Shown piece by piece: positions 22,685 through 33,721 of a stretch of 64,000 nucleotides of DNA. The notes beneath the pieces were generated by a model. It searched no databases. It was given only the letters and a program-made list of their open reading frames with translations, and was not told the DNA's origin. This stretch comes from Reyranellaceae bacterium (GTDB lineage Bacteria > Pseudomonadota > Alphaproteobacteria > Reyranellales > JAQSWP01): assembly GCA_050181585.1 (NCBI GenBank), contig JBFXDA010000013.1, positions 21,409-85,408 of the forward strand, given 5' to 3'. How positions within the stretch are numbered: position 1 is the stretch's first letter; each line of letters opens with the position of its first letter. The position numbers and the translations under genes are program-made.

Positions 22685-24133
22685 TCAGTATCCCGCCGGC
22701 GGCACGAAGCCCTGGTATTCCTTCTCCAGCATGGCGGCGAAGGCGATCGCCGAGCGGTCGCCCATGAACGGCGCCACGATCTGCACGCCGATCGGCAGGC
22801 CCTCGCGGCTGAAACCGATCGGCGCCACCGTACCCGGCAGGAAGGCGACGCCGGGATAGCCGGCCCAGAAGAGCTGGTCGGTGGTCGGCACCTTGCGTCC
22901 GTCGACCACGATGCTGCGCTCGTGCCGCTCGCCGGCCTGATCGTGCGGGAAGGCGGCGGAGGCGGCCGCCGGCATCAGCAGGAAATCGCAGTCCTCGAAG
23001 AACGCCGCCCATTTCAGCCGCATCTTCATGCGCTTCTCGTTCAGCGCCAGCCAGTCGCGATGGCTCAGCACGTTGGCCCGCGTCATCTGCGCGAAATAGG
23101 ATTTGTCGGTGGGCTTGAGGCTCCGGGCGATCTCCTGGTTCTTGGCAAAGGCCTCGTTGCTCTGCCGGCCCGAGGTCGCCGCCCGCAGCAGGCCGATATA
23201 GACGTCCATCGCCTCGTCGGTGTCGATGTCGGGCTTGGCGCCCTGCATCACCTTCACCTTCTTCTTGCCGAGAAAATCGGCCAGCGCCTGCAGCCGGCCT
23301 TGCACCTGCGCGTCGACCGCCGAGTTGCGGTCCTCCAGCATCAGGCCGACCTTGAACTGCTTCCACTCGCTCTTCTGCGGCTTCGGCAGCGCCAGCTTCC
23401 AGCCGGCGCCGTCGATGGCGTCCGGCCCCGCCATGACGGCGAGCGCGATGTCGAGATCGGCGGCCGAGCGCGCCAGCGGGCCGATCACCGAGATGTCGCC
23501 CGGCGCCACCCGGCGGGGGAGCGCGTGCCCGCGCGGGGCGCAGATGCCCCAGCTCGGCTTGTGGCCGAAGACGCCGCAGTAATGGGCGGGATTGCGGATC
23601 GAGGCGCCGATATCGGAGCCGGCGTCGATGGCGGAAAGCCCGGCCGCCAACGCCGCCGCCGAGCCGCCGGAGGAGCCGCCGGGCACGCGCGTCACGTCCC
23701 AGGGATTGTTGGTGGTGCCGTGGATGGCGTTGTAGCTCTGCCAGTCGGCCAGCATCAGCGGCACGTTGGTCTTGCCGAACAGCACCACGCCGGCCGCCTT
23801 CAGCCGCTGCACCGCCAGCGCGTCCTGCGTGGCGATATTGTCCTTCAGCGCCGGATCGCCCCAGGTGGTGGGCGCGCCGACGACGTCAAAGCTCTCTTTG
23901 ATGGTCATGGGCAGCCCATGCAGCGGCCCCCAGAACGCGCCCTGCTTAGCCGCGCGGTCGGCCGCCCTGGCCCGCTTGCGCGCGCCCTCGACATCCATCC
24001 AGATGATGGCGTTGAGTCGGGGATTGAAGCGTTCGACGCGCTCGAGATAGAGCTCGAGCAGGTCGAGGCTGGAGAGCTTGCCGCGGCGGATCATGCTCGC
24101 CAGCTCGCGCGCCGATTTGAAGGCGATGTCCAT
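22685..24133 (-). CDS. Amidase signature family protein
   Basis: GPLHGLPMTIKESF, GKTNVP, PGGSSGGSAAALAAG, GSDIGASIRNPA. Confidence 0.92.
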   Translation of the reverse strand: MDIAFKSARELASMIRRGKLSSLDLLELYLERVERFNPRLNAIIWMDVEGARKRARAADRAAKQGAFWGPLHGLPMTIKESFDVVGAPTTWGDPALKDNIATQDALAVQRLKAAGVVLFGKTNVPLMLADWQSYNAIHGTTNNPWDVTRVPGGSSGGSAAALAAGLSAIDAGSDIGASIRNPAHYCGVFGHKPSWGICAPRGHALPRRVAPGDISVIGPLARSAADLDIALAVMAGPDAIDGAGWKLALPKPQKSEWKQFKVGLMLEDRNSAVDAQVQGRLQALADFLGKKKVKVMQGAKPDIDTDEAMDVYIGLLRAATSGRQSNEAFAKNQEIARSLKPTDKSYFAQMTRANVLSHRDWLALNEKRMKMRLKWAAFFEDCDFLLMPAAASAAFPHDQAGERHERSIVVDGRKVPTTDQLFWAGYPGVAFLPGTVAPIGFSREGLPIGVQIVAPFMGDRSAIAFAAMLEKEYQGFVPPAGY

Positions 24134-24185
24134 TGTCTTCCCCCGCGACGTGACGCTGCGGGACGATAGCAGACGGGTCTGCGCT

Positions 24186-25490
24186 TCAGAAGTTCCGCGC
24201 CAGCACCGTACCCGCCAGGTAGAGCGAGCCGCAGATCAGAACGCGCAGCGGCGGGTTGGACTGCGCCAGCGCCGCGCGCAGCGCCGCATCGAGCGAAGGC
24301 GACGCGCGGCAGGGAATGCCGACCGCCTCGGCGCGTTCGGCCGCCTCGTCCGGCGAATAGGCGGCATGGCCTTCGATGGTCACCGAATGCGCCGCCTGCG
24401 CCAGGCCGGAGAGCGGGCGCAGGAAGCCCTGCGCGTCCTTGCTGGTCAGCATGCCGAAGATCAGGTGCAGCTTCTTGCCGTCCTGCGCCGCCCAGCGCCG
24501 CGCCATGCCGGCCAGCGCGATGCCGCAATCCTCGTTGTGCCCGCCGTCCAGCCACAGCTCGTCGCCCGGCCGCAGCAGCTCGACCAGCGGGCCGCGCCGC
24601 AGCAGCTGCAGCCGCGCCGGCCACTCGACGCGCCGCAGCCCCTGCGCGATGGCGGCTTGGGAAACCGCGAATTGCGGCAGCTTCTCCAGCACCGCGACCG
24701 CCGTGGCGGCATTGTCGATCTGGTGCGCGCCGGCCAGCGCCGGCAGCGGCAATTCCAGCCGCCGCGATCCGCTTTCGTAGACGAACCCGTCGGCCTGCGC
24801 CATGGCGCGCCATTCGCGGCCCATGCGATGCAAGGGCGCGGCCAGCCGCGCCGCTTCCGCCTCGATCACGGCGGCCGCCGCCGGGCGCTGGCGGCCGACG
24901 ACGACCGGCACCTCCCGCTTGACGATGCCGGCCTTGTTGGCGGCGATCTCGGCCAGGGTCTCGCCCAGGAACTGCGTGTGGTCGATGCCGATCGGCGTGA
25001 TCGCCGTGGCCGCCGGCCGGTCGATCACGTTGGTGGCGTCGTGGATGCCGCCCAGGCCCACCTCCAGCAGCAGCGCCTGCGCCGGATGGCGCGAGAAAGC
25101 CAGGAAGGCCGCCGCCGTGGTGATCTCGAAATAGGTGATGGAACGGCCGGCGTTGACGCGCTCGCATTCCTCCAGCGTCGCGACCAGCTCCTGCTCGGAG
25201 ATCAGGGCGCCGGCGATGCGGATGCGCTCGTGGAAGCGCACCAGATGCGGCGAGGTATAGACGTGGCAGCGCTGGCCCGCGGCTTCCAGCATGGCGCGCA
25301 GATAGGCGAGCAGCGAGCCCTTGCCGTTGGTGCCGGCGACATGGATCACCGGCGGCATCTTGCGCTCGGGATGGCCCAGCGCGGCCAGCAGGCCCTTGAT
25401 GCGCTCCAGCGACAGGTCGATGACGCGCGGATGCAGGCCCAGCAGGCGCTGCAGCAGCGCCTCGGAAGACGGCTTGGCCAGGGCGTTCAT
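24186..25490 (-). CDS. folC: Folylpolyglutamate synthase/dihydrofolate synthase
   Basis: HVAGTNGKGS, YTSPHLVRFHERI, LEVGLGG, LDGGHN, CGSLYLAG. Confidence 0.95.
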   Translation of the reverse strand: MNALAKPSSEALLQRLLGLHPRVIDLSLERIKGLLAALGHPERKMPPVIHVAGTNGKGSLLAYLRAMLEAAGQRCHVYTSPHLVRFHERIRIAGALISEQELVATLEECERVNAGRSITYFEITTAAAFLAFSRHPAQALLLEVGLGGIHDATNVIDRPAATAITPIGIDHTQFLGETLAEIAANKAGIVKREVPVVVGRQRPAAAAVIEAEAARLAAPLHRMGREWRAMAQADGFVYESGSRRLELPLPALAGAHQIDNAATAVAVLEKLPQFAVSQAAIAQGLRRVEWPARLQLLRRGPLVELLRPGDELWLDGGHNEDCGIALAGMARRWAAQDGKKLHLIFGMLTSKDAQGFLRPLSGLAQAAHSVTIEGHAAYSPDEAAERAEAVGIPCRASPSLDAALRAALAQSNPPLRVLICGSLYLAGTVLARNF

Positions 25491-25530
25491 GCCGAAAACG
25501 CGGGGCCGGAGGGCGGAGGCGTGGAGAAGG

Positions 25531-26469
25531 CTATTTCACCCGCACCGCGCCGGCCAGGCGCTGCATGCCGGCATTGGCGTTGGCGGAAACGGCCGGCAGG
25601 TTCGGCGTCGGCCGGCCTTCGCCCAGCAGCGCCAGGATGCGCACCAGCGTGTCGCGCAACTGGTGGCGATGCACCACCATGTCGATGATGCCGTGGTCGA
25701 GCAGGTACTCGGCGCGCTGGAAGCCCTCGGGCAGCGCCTCGCGGATCGTGTCCTGGATCACGCGCTGGCCGGCGAAGCCGATCACCGCGCCGGGCTCGGC
25801 GATGGCGATGTCGCCCAGCATGGCGAAGGAAGCGGTCACGCCGCCGGTGGTGGGATCGGTCAGCACCACGAGATAGGGCAGGCCCGCCTCCTTGACCTCC
25901 TGCACCGCCACGGTGGTGCGCGGCATCTGCATCAGGCTCAATATGCCCTCCTGCATGCGCGCGCCGCCGGAAGCGGGGAAGACGATGAAGGGGCAGCGCT
26001 TCTCGACCGCCAGGCGGGCGCCCATGACGATGCCCTCGCCGACGGCGATGCCCATCGAGCCGCCCATGAAGTTGAAGTCGAACACCGCCGCCACGGCCGG
26101 CTTGCCGCCCAGCTTGCCCGAGGCGACCCACAGCGCGTCGCTCTCGCCCTGCTTGGCCTGCGTCTCCTTCAGCCGGTCGGCGTAGCGCTTGCGGTCGCGG
26201 AACTTCAGCGGATCGACCACCACCTTGCCCAGCGCATGCTTCTCGAACTCTCCGTCGTCGAACAGCAGCTCCAGCCGCTTCTGTGGCCCGATGCGCAAAT
26301 GGTGATTGCAGAAGGAGCAGACCTGCTGGTTGGCCTCCAGGTCGCGATGGAACAGCATCTGCTCGCAGTTGGGGCACTTGACCCACAGATTGTCCGGCGC
26401 CGCCGGCTTCTTCTCGCCGCCAACCAGCGCCTTGATCTTGGGACGAACGAAATTGGTGAGCCAGTTCAT
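25531..26469 (-). CDS. accD: Acetyl-CoA carboxylase carboxyltransferase beta subunit
   Basis: [15 protein letters not shown] zinc finger, [16 protein letters not shown]; ATG at 26469. Confidence 0.96.
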   Translation of the reverse strand: MNWLTNFVRPKIKALVGGEKKPAAPDNLWVKCPNCEQMLFHRDLEANQQVCSFCNHHLRIGPQKRLELLFDDGEFEKHALGKVVVDPLKFRDRKRYADRLKETQAKQGESDALWVASGKLGGKPAVAAVFDFNFMGGSMGIAVGEGIVMGARLAVEKRCPFIVFPASGGARMQEGILSLMQMPRTTVAVQEVKEAGLPYLVVLTDPTTGGVTASFAMLGDIAIAEPGAVIGFAGQRVIQDTIREALPEGFQRAEYLLDHGIIDMVVHRHQLRDTLVRILALLGEGRPTPNLPAVSANANAGMQRLAGAVRVK

Positions 26470-26555
26470 GGGCCTATCCTGCCGAATGCGATCCGCGCGA
26501 TGCTCCGGAGCGGTTCTACCCCCGGACGGTGGCGGGGGCAAGGCGTTGGCAATCT

Positions 26556-26668
26556 CGTCATCCCCGCGAAAGCGGGGATCTTTTCAATAGAGAGGCAATC
26601 CATTGCATGACGCCGCCTCTCTTTTCAGAAAAAGACCCCCGCTCGCGCTTCGCTTGGCGGGGGTGACG
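26556..26668. repeat. REP-like palindromic doublet between trpA and accD
   Basis: cgtcatccccgcgaaagcggggatc ... gacccccgc...gcgggggtgacg. Confidence 0.7.
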
Positions 26669-26676
26669 ATTTTAAT

Positions 26677-27512
26677 TCACTCCGCCGCCCGCTTGGCGCC
26701 CCTGACGCCGGCCGACAGCTCGCGCACGTAAGCCAGCACGCCCTCGACCAGGCCCGGCTTGGGCTTGCCGCTGGCGTCGAGCCCCTCGCGCACCTTGTCG
26801 ACGATGGCCGAGCCGACCACCGCGGCATCGGCGATGGACGACACACTCGCCGCCTGCTGCGGGGTGCGGATGCCGAAGCCGACGGCGATCGGCAGCTCGG
26901 TATGGGCGCGCAGGTGCTTGACCGCGGCGCGCACATGCTCGTCGCTCGCCGAGCGCGTGCCGGTGACGCCCAGGATCGAGACGTAGTAGAGGAAGCCGGA
27001 GGCGTATTCGAGAATCGCCGGCAGGCGCTTGGCGTCGGTGGTGGGCGCGGTCAGCATCACCGTATCGACATCGCAGCGCTGCGCGTAGGGCTTCAGCTCG
27101 TCGGCTTCCTCCGGCGGCAGGTCGACGATGATCAGCCCGTCGACGCCGGCCGCCGCCGCCTGCTTGCAGAACAGCTCGGGGCCGCGCTGGTAGATGAGGT
27201 TGTAGTAGCCCATCAGCAGGATCGGCGTCGTATCGTCGCCGCTCTCGTCGCGATAGCGCCGCACCAGCCCCAGCGTGGCGTCGAGCGTGATGCCCGCCTT
27301 CAGCGCCCGCTGGCCGGACAGTTGGATCGAGGGGCCGTCGGCCATCGGATCGGAGAACGGCATGCCCAGCTCGATCAGGTCGGCGCCGGCCGCCGGCAGG
27401 CCCTTCAGGATGCGGTAGGAGGTTTCGAGATCGGGATCGCCCGCGGTGGTGAAAGTCACCAGCCCGCCGCGGCCCTGCCGCTTGAGTTCGGCGAAACGCG
27501 CCCCAATGCGGC

Positions 27513-27516
<4 letters not shown>
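26677..27516 (-). CDS. trpA: Tryptophan synthase alpha chain
   Basis: GTG start overlapping trpB stop; [30 protein letters not shown]. Confidence 0.96.
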
Positions 27517-28724
<1,208 letters not shown>

Positions 28725-28785
28725 GGGCTCGCAATTCCTGTGAGGCGCCTGCGGTAGCAGACGCGGCAGGACCTGTCAAAACCGC

Positions 28786-29433
28786 CTATAGCGAGGCGGC
28801 GACCGCCAGAAATTGCCGGATTTTCTCCGGGTCCTTGACCCCGCGCGCCGCCTCGACGCCGGAGGAGACGTCGACGCAGGCCGCCCCGGTGGCGGCCACC
28901 GCCTCGGCCAGGGTCTCCGCCGTCAGCCCGCCCGAGAGCATCCAGGGCAGCGGCCATTCCTTTGCCGCCAGCAACTGCCAGTCGAAGGCCAGGCCGTTGC
29001 CGCCCGGCAGGGCGCCTGCCATGTCGGCCGGGGCCTGCGCGTCGAACAGCAGCCGGTCGGACACGGTGGCGAATTCGGCCGCGCCGGCGACGTCGTCGGG
29101 GCCGGCGATGCGCAGGGCTTTCATCACCTGCAGGCCGAAAGCCTTTTTGACGTCGGCGACCCGCTGCGGCGTTTCGCTGCCGTGCAGTTGCAGAATATCG
29201 AGCGGCACGATGTCCAGCACGCGCTGCAGCGTCTCGTCGTCGGCATCGACGAACAAACCCACTTTGGCGACGTGCTCGGGTACGGCGGCGGCCAGTTGCG
29301 CGGCCCGTTCCGGCGTCACGTGGCGCGGGCTGGGCGGATAGAACACCAGCCCGACATAGGCGGCGCCGCCGGCAATCGCCGCCGCCATCGCCTCGGGCGA
29401 ATTGATGCCGCAGATTTTCGCCAGCACCGCCAT
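28786..29433 (-). CDS. trpF: Phosphoribosylanthranilate isomerase
   Basis: AKICGI, LQLHGSET, GGNGLAFDW, VDVSSGVE. Confidence 0.96.
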   Translation of the reverse strand: MAVLAKICGINSPEAMAAAIAGGAAYVGLVFYPPSPRHVTPERAAQLAAAVPEHVAKVGLFVDADDETLQRVLDIVPLDILQLHGSETPQRVADVKKAFGLQVMKALRIAGPDDVAGAAEFATVSDRLLFDAQAPADMAGALPGGNGLAFDWQLLAAKEWPLPWMLSGGLTAETLAEAVAATGAACVDVSSGVEAARGVKDPEKIRQFLAVAASL

Positions 29434-29449
29434 CTCGACCGCCCTCGCC

Positions 29450-30193
29450 TCAGCCGACGGCGCGGCGCGGCGTGCGGACGGTGGCGGCGATCTCCGCCGC
29501 GATGGCCTCCGCCGCGCCTCGCGGCGAGGCCGCTTCGGTGATCGGCCGGCCGATCACCAGATAATCGGCGCCCTTGGCCATCGCCTCGCCCGGCGTCATC
29601 ACCCGCTTCTGGTCGCCGACCGCCGAACCGGCCGGGCGGATGCCGGGCACCACCAGCAGGAAATCGCGGCCGCAATCGGCGCGCAGCGCCTCGATCTCGA
29701 GCGGCGAGCAGATCACGCCATCCATGCCGTTCTTCTGCGCCAGCGCCGCCAGCCGGCGCACCTGGGGCAGCGGCTCGCCGGCGACGCCGACCGCGTCGAG
29801 ATCGCCCCGGTCGAGGCTGGTCAGCACCGTGACCGCCAGCAGCCGGGGCCGGGCCACGCCGAACTGCGCCGCCGCTTCTTCCGCCGCCTGGCGCGCAGCG
29901 CGCATCATGGCCGGACCGCCGCCGGAGTGGATGGTGAGCAGGGTCGGCGCCAGCGGCGCCACCGCGCGCACCGCGCCCGCCACGGTATTGGGAATGTCGT
30001 GCAGCTTGAGGTCGAGGAACAGCGGCGTCTGGCGCCCGACCAGCCGGCGCACCAGGTCGGGCCCATGGGCGGTGAAGAATTCCAGCCCCAGCTTGATGCC
30101 GCCCACCGCGCCGCGCACGCCGTCGATCAGCCGGGCCGCCAGCCCGATATCGACCGTGTCGACGGCGCAATAGACCTTGTCGGCTCCATCCAT
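29450..30193 (-). CDS. pyrF: Orotidine-5'-phosphate decarboxylase
   Basis: CAVDT, KLGLEF, FLDLKLHDIPNTV, VPGIRPAG, DQKRVMTP; ATG at 30193. Confidence 0.96.
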   Translation of the reverse strand: MDGADKVYCAVDTVDIGLAARLIDGVRGAVGGIKLGLEFFTAHGPDLVRRLVGRQTPLFLDLKLHDIPNTVAGAVRAVAPLAPTLLTIHSGGGPAMMRAARQAAEEAAAQFGVARPRLLAVTVLTSLDRGDLDAVGVAGEPLPQVRRLAALAQKNGMDGVICSPLEIEALRADCGRDFLLVVPGIRPAGSAVGDQKRVMTPGEAMAKGADYLVIGRPITEAASPRGAAEAIAAEIAATVRTPRRAVG

Positions 30194-30270
30194 GGGGCAC
30201 CCCGCGAAATTCGCGCCGGTATAGTCGTTGCACGTCGGGTCAGCAAGCGTTCCGGGCTTGTTGCTCCTGA

Positions 30271-30286
30271 GTACCAAATATGGTAC
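30271..30286. promoter_or_regulatory. Palindromic operator-like site GTACCA-AATA-TGGTAC upstream of the HTH gene
   Basis: Perfect 6-bp inverted repeat within a putative promoter (TTGCTC at 30261). Confidence 0.6.
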
Positions 30287-30294
30287 ATGAACCA

Positions 30295-30603
30295 ATGACA
30301 AGCAAGCCAAGAAAGCGCAGCAAGCACGCCGGTTCCACTTTCGACAGCCTGCTGGAAGAGGAAGGCATCCTGGGTGAAGTGGAGGCCGTCGCCATCAAGC
30401 GCGTCATCGCCTGGCAGCTCGCCAACACCATGAAGCAGAAGAAAATCACCAAGAAGGCGATGGCGGCGCGCATGCGCACCAGCCGCTCCCAGCTCGACCG
30501 CCTGCTCGACCCGGAGAATTCGGCCGTGAACCTGTCGACCATTGCTCGCGCTGCCAAAGTGATCGGCAAGAGAATCCGCATCGAAATGCTCGATGCCGCC
30601 TGA
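30295..30603 (+). CDS. XRE/HigA-like HTH antitoxin-type regulator with no adjacent toxin
   Basis: KHAGSTFDSLLEEEG..KRVIAWQL..MAARMRTSRSQLDRLLDP..LSTIARAA. Confidence 0.85.
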   Translation: MTSKPRKRSKHAGSTFDSLLEEEGILGEVEAVAIKRVIAWQLANTMKQKKITKKAMAARMRTSRSQLDRLLDPENSAVNLSTIARAAKVIGKRIRIEMLDAA

Positions 30604-30606
30604 GGA

Positions 30607-31761
30607 TTACCGCGCCACCGGACTTGCGACGCTCTCCCCGCCGACCCAGCGGATGAAACGATCGGCGGAAATCCCGCCATCCACCATCGCGGCCAGCCCC
30701 TCGCCGATGGCGCTGGCGAACTTGAAGCCGTGGCCCGAGCAGCAGGACAGCGCCCAGCCGGCCGCCCCCAGCTTGCGGGCGATGAAATGCTCGCGCTTCT
30801 CCACCGTGTAGAAGCAGCTCTTCAGTTCGGCGACACGGAAACGCTCGAAGCCGCGCAGCCGGCCCGCGCATTGCGCCACGATCGGCGCAGCCTCCTCGGC
30901 GTGCGGCTGGCGATCGGAGTCGGGATCGCCCGCCAGCGTGAAGGAATGGTCGCCGATCTTCAGCCCGGTCCAGCCGCCCGGCCGGCCGGGCAGGTCCGGC
31001 GCGCCGACGGGGGGCACCAGGTAGAAGCCGGTGCCGTCGCCGATATCGAGCAGCATGGGATGCGCCGCCCAGGCCGCTTTCTGCGGCGCCGGCGGCTCGA
31101 GATAGACCACCACCTGGCGCGAGGGCACGACCAGCGGCGCCAGCTCCGGCACCAGCCGCGCCGTCCAGGGCCCGGCGCAGGCCAGAACCAGATCGCCGCT
31201 TTCTCCGCCGCCATCGGCCAGGCTCACCGCGGCCCGGTCGGCATCGAGCGAGGCGACGCGGGCGTTTTCCCGAACCTGCACGCCCTTCTCGCGCAGCCAT
31301 TGGGCCAAGGTCATAGTGATGCGATCGGCCAGCAGCGCGCCGCCGGTCTTCAGGTAGAAAGCCTGTTCGACGCCCTGCGGATCGATCAGCGGAAAGCGCC
31401 GCGCCAGCGTCGCCCGGTCCAGCGCCTCGACCTCATGGCCGTCCTGTTCCAGCAGCCGTTGCGAGTGGGCGCACCATTGCGTTCCCGCCTGCCCCAGCGC
31501 CAGCGTTCCGGTTTCGATCTGCAGCTTGACGCCGAGATCGCGCCAGACGCGCGCCCAGGCGGCATAGGCGTCCCCCACCATGCGCATGTAGCCGGGCGTT
31601 TCGCCGTAGGCGTAGCGGATCAGCCTGTGGCGGTCGCCGGAGGAGCCCAGCGGATTGCCCACGGCATTCTGCTCGAACACCGTCACCGCGTGGCCGGCGC
31701 GGCGCAGCGCCCAGGCGGCGCACAGCCCGTAGATTCCCGCGCCGACGATGAGAATTTTCAT
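30607..31761 (-). CDS. FAD-dependent oxidoreductase, sarcosine oxidase/SolA-like
   Basis: ILIVGAGIYG, GSSGDRHRLIRYAYG, CFYT, CSGHGFKFASAIG. Confidence 0.88.
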   Translation of the reverse strand: MKILIVGAGIYGLCAAWALRRAGHAVTVFEQNAVGNPLGSSGDRHRLIRYAYGETPGYMRMVGDAYAAWARVWRDLGVKLQIETGTLALGQAGTQWCAHSQRLLEQDGHEVEALDRATLARRFPLIDPQGVEQAFYLKTGGALLADRITMTLAQWLREKGVQVRENARVASLDADRAAVSLADGGGESGDLVLACAGPWTARLVPELAPLVVPSRQVVVYLEPPAPQKAAWAAHPMLLDIGDGTGFYLVPPVGAPDLPGRPGGWTGLKIGDHSFTLAGDPDSDRQPHAEEAAPIVAQCAGRLRGFERFRVAELKSCFYTVEKREHFIARKLGAAGWALSCCSGHGFKFASAIGEGLAAMVDGGISADRFIRWVGGESVASPVAR

Positions 31762-31809
31762 GCCGGCGATCCTACAGGAATGGCGCGCCCGCGAGCGAGG
31801 CCGACGGCA

Positions 31810-31948
31810 TAGAGCGGATCACGATCGGACGGAAGCGCAGACGCTTCCGTCCGATCGTGTGAATCCGCTCTATTCTTTAAAGTTTGGAGCAAATTCACAT
31901 GTTTTGACGGGATCGCAAGCGATTCCGTCAAAACATGATTTGCTCTAG
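31810..31948 (+). repeat. 139-bp composite double-hairpin element (RIME/Bru-RS-like), left copy
   Basis: tagagcggatcacgatcggacggaagcg...gaatccgctcta, spacer, then gagcaaattcacatgttttgacgg...aaacatgatttgctctag. Confidence 0.9.
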
Positions 31949-32000
31949 GCGACAAAGCCGTGGCGAGGGGGCAGAATGGGACTAGTTCGGGGAGGTTCGC

Positions 32001-32606
32001 ATGAGGCTTTTTCTGTCGGTCATGGCATTCGCCGCCGCGCTGGCGCTGGCCGGGACGGCGCAGGCGCAAGGCGTCGGCCGGCTGACGACCAAGTCCTACC
32101 AGCCGATCGGCAAGCAGAAGCTGCAGGTCGACCTGACCCAGGTCGATGCCGGCGAGCTCTATCGCGAGCTGCGCGACCACCTGAAAGGGGTGCTGGAGCG
32201 GCGCGGCAATCCGGTCGGCAGTTCCGGCGTCATGGGGGTGAAGATCGAGGTCAGCTATCCCCGCCCGGTCCAGAGCTCGCCGCTCGGCCACGATCGCGGC
32301 GCGACCTATGATCGCCAGGAGACCACCGTCCCGGGTCTCAGCAACCCGATCCCGCAGGAACGGACTTTCGCGCCCGAGCGCCGGGCGCCGCAGGTTTCGG
32401 GATCGGCCGGCGACGACGAGCGGCTCAATCCGCTGCGCATCAATCTGACGGTCTATCGCGAGAAGGGCGGCGCGGTGGCATGGACCGCGGAGGCGAGCTG
32501 CGCGGTGCCGTTCACCAGCGCCAAGGACGTCGGCCGCGCCATGATCGACCAGATGGTGGCGCGGCTGGACAATTCGGTGTCGCTGGCGGCGCAGTGCGGC
32601 TATTAG
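32001..32606 (+). CDS. Exported hypothetical protein (signal peptide; C-terminus loosely DUF4136-like)
   Basis: RBS ggagg; MRLFLSVMAFAAALALAGTAQA signal peptide; its TAG stop is the first TAG of the right-hand repeat. Confidence 0.8.
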   Translation: MRLFLSVMAFAAALALAGTAQAQGVGRLTTKSYQPIGKQKLQVDLTQVDAGELYRELRDHLKGVLERRGNPVGSSGVMGVKIEVSYPRPVQSSPLGHDRGATYDRQETTVPGLSNPIPQERTFAPERRAPQVSGSAGDDERLNPLRINLTVYREKGGAVAWTAEASCAVPFTSAKDVGRAMIDQMVARLDNSVSLAAQCGY

Positions 32607-32742
32607 AGCAAATCATGTTTTGACGGAATCGCTTGCGATCCCGTCAAAACATGTGAATTTGCTCTAATCATTAATAGATAGAGCGGATTCACACGATCAG
32701 ACGGAAGCGCGGGCGCTTCCGTCTGATCGTGATCCGCTCTAG
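32604..32742 (-). repeat. 139-bp composite double-hairpin element, right copy, inverted relative to 31810-31948
   Basis: Near-identical reverse complement of the left copy; differences mostly in loops and spacer. Confidence 0.9.
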
Positions 32743-32754
32743 AACAAAGCGCCA

Positions 32755-33717
32755 TCAGCCCTGCGCCGCCACCAGCTCGGCGGCGGCCAGATCCTCCAGC
32801 GCCGTGCCGACCGACTTGAACAGGGTGATCTCGCCCGCACCCTGACGGCCGCGCTTCTCGCCGCGGCACAGCTCGAACAGATCGGCGACGATCCCCTCCG
32901 GCGGCAACGCGCCGCTGGCCAGCGGCTGCACGATGTCGCCCGCCTCCTTGCCCGCGCCCTGGCGCGTGTCGACGAAGACGCGGGCGCGGCGCACCGCCTC
33001 GTCGTCGGCCTCGCGCATGGCCGGCGTGAAGCCGCCCACCAGGTCCAGATGCTGGCCCTTCTTCAGCCACGCGCCCTCGACCAGCGGCGCCTGCGCCAGC
33101 GTGGCGCAGGAGATGATGTCGGCGGCGTCGATGGTGGTCTCGATATCGCGGGCGACATGGGCGGAAATCTTCAGGCCCGCCAGGTCGCCGCCGTTGAAAC
33201 GCTCGGCCAGCGCCAGGGCCTTCGCCGGGCTGCGGCCCCAGACCGCCAGTTCGCGGATCGGCCGCACGGCGGCATGGGCGCGCACCAGATGCGGCGCCAG
33301 CGCGCCGGTGCCGACCATCAGCAGGCGGAAACTGTCGGGCCGCGACAGGAAGCGGGAGGCCAGCGCCGAAGCCGCCGCCGTGCGCCGGCGCGTCAGCGCG
33401 GTGCCGTCGATCAGCGCCAGAGGCGCGCCGGTCTGCGCCGAGAGCAGCAGATACTGGCCGATCACCGCCGGCAGGTTGCGCTCGTCGTTTTCGGGGGCGC
33501 CATTGTCGGGAAAGACGGTGACGATCTTGATGCCCAGATGCCGCCGGTTGCGCCAGGCCGGCATCAGCAGCAGCGTGGCGGGCGCGCCGCCGGTGTCGAT
33601 GGTGTGGTGGTGCCGCAGCGGCACCTCGCAGCCTTCGGCGAACAGCGCGGCGATGGCGTCGATCAGCTTGCGATCGTCGAGCAGGCGCTCGACGGCGGCC
33701 GCGTCGAACTGGCGCAT
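32755..33717 (-). CDS. Ornithine cyclodeaminase/mu-crystallin family protein
   Basis: LLLMPAW, GIKIVTVFPDN, LTRRRTAAASALA, VGTGALA, FKSVGTALEDLAAA. Confidence 0.92.
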   Translation of the reverse strand: MRQFDAAAVERLLDDRKLIDAIAALFAEGCEVPLRHHHTIDTGGAPATLLLMPAWRNRRHLGIKIVTVFPDNGAPENDERNLPAVIGQYLLLSAQTGAPLALIDGTALTRRRTAAASALASRFLSRPDSFRLLMVGTGALAPHLVRAHAAVRPIRELAVWGRSPAKALALAERFNGGDLAGLKISAHVARDIETTIDAADIISCATLAQAPLVEGAWLKKGQHLDLVGGFTPAMREADDEAVRRARVFVDTRQGAGKEAGDIVQPLASGALPPEGIVADLFELCRGEKRGRQGAGEITLFKSVGTALEDLAAAELVAAQG

Positions 33718-33721
33718 GGTC

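Noticed and set aside
31748-33070. ORFs sharing peptides such as DRVNPLY and SQAIPSKHDLL
   Set aside because: They are read-throughs of the two inverted 139-bp repeats, not paralogous genes.
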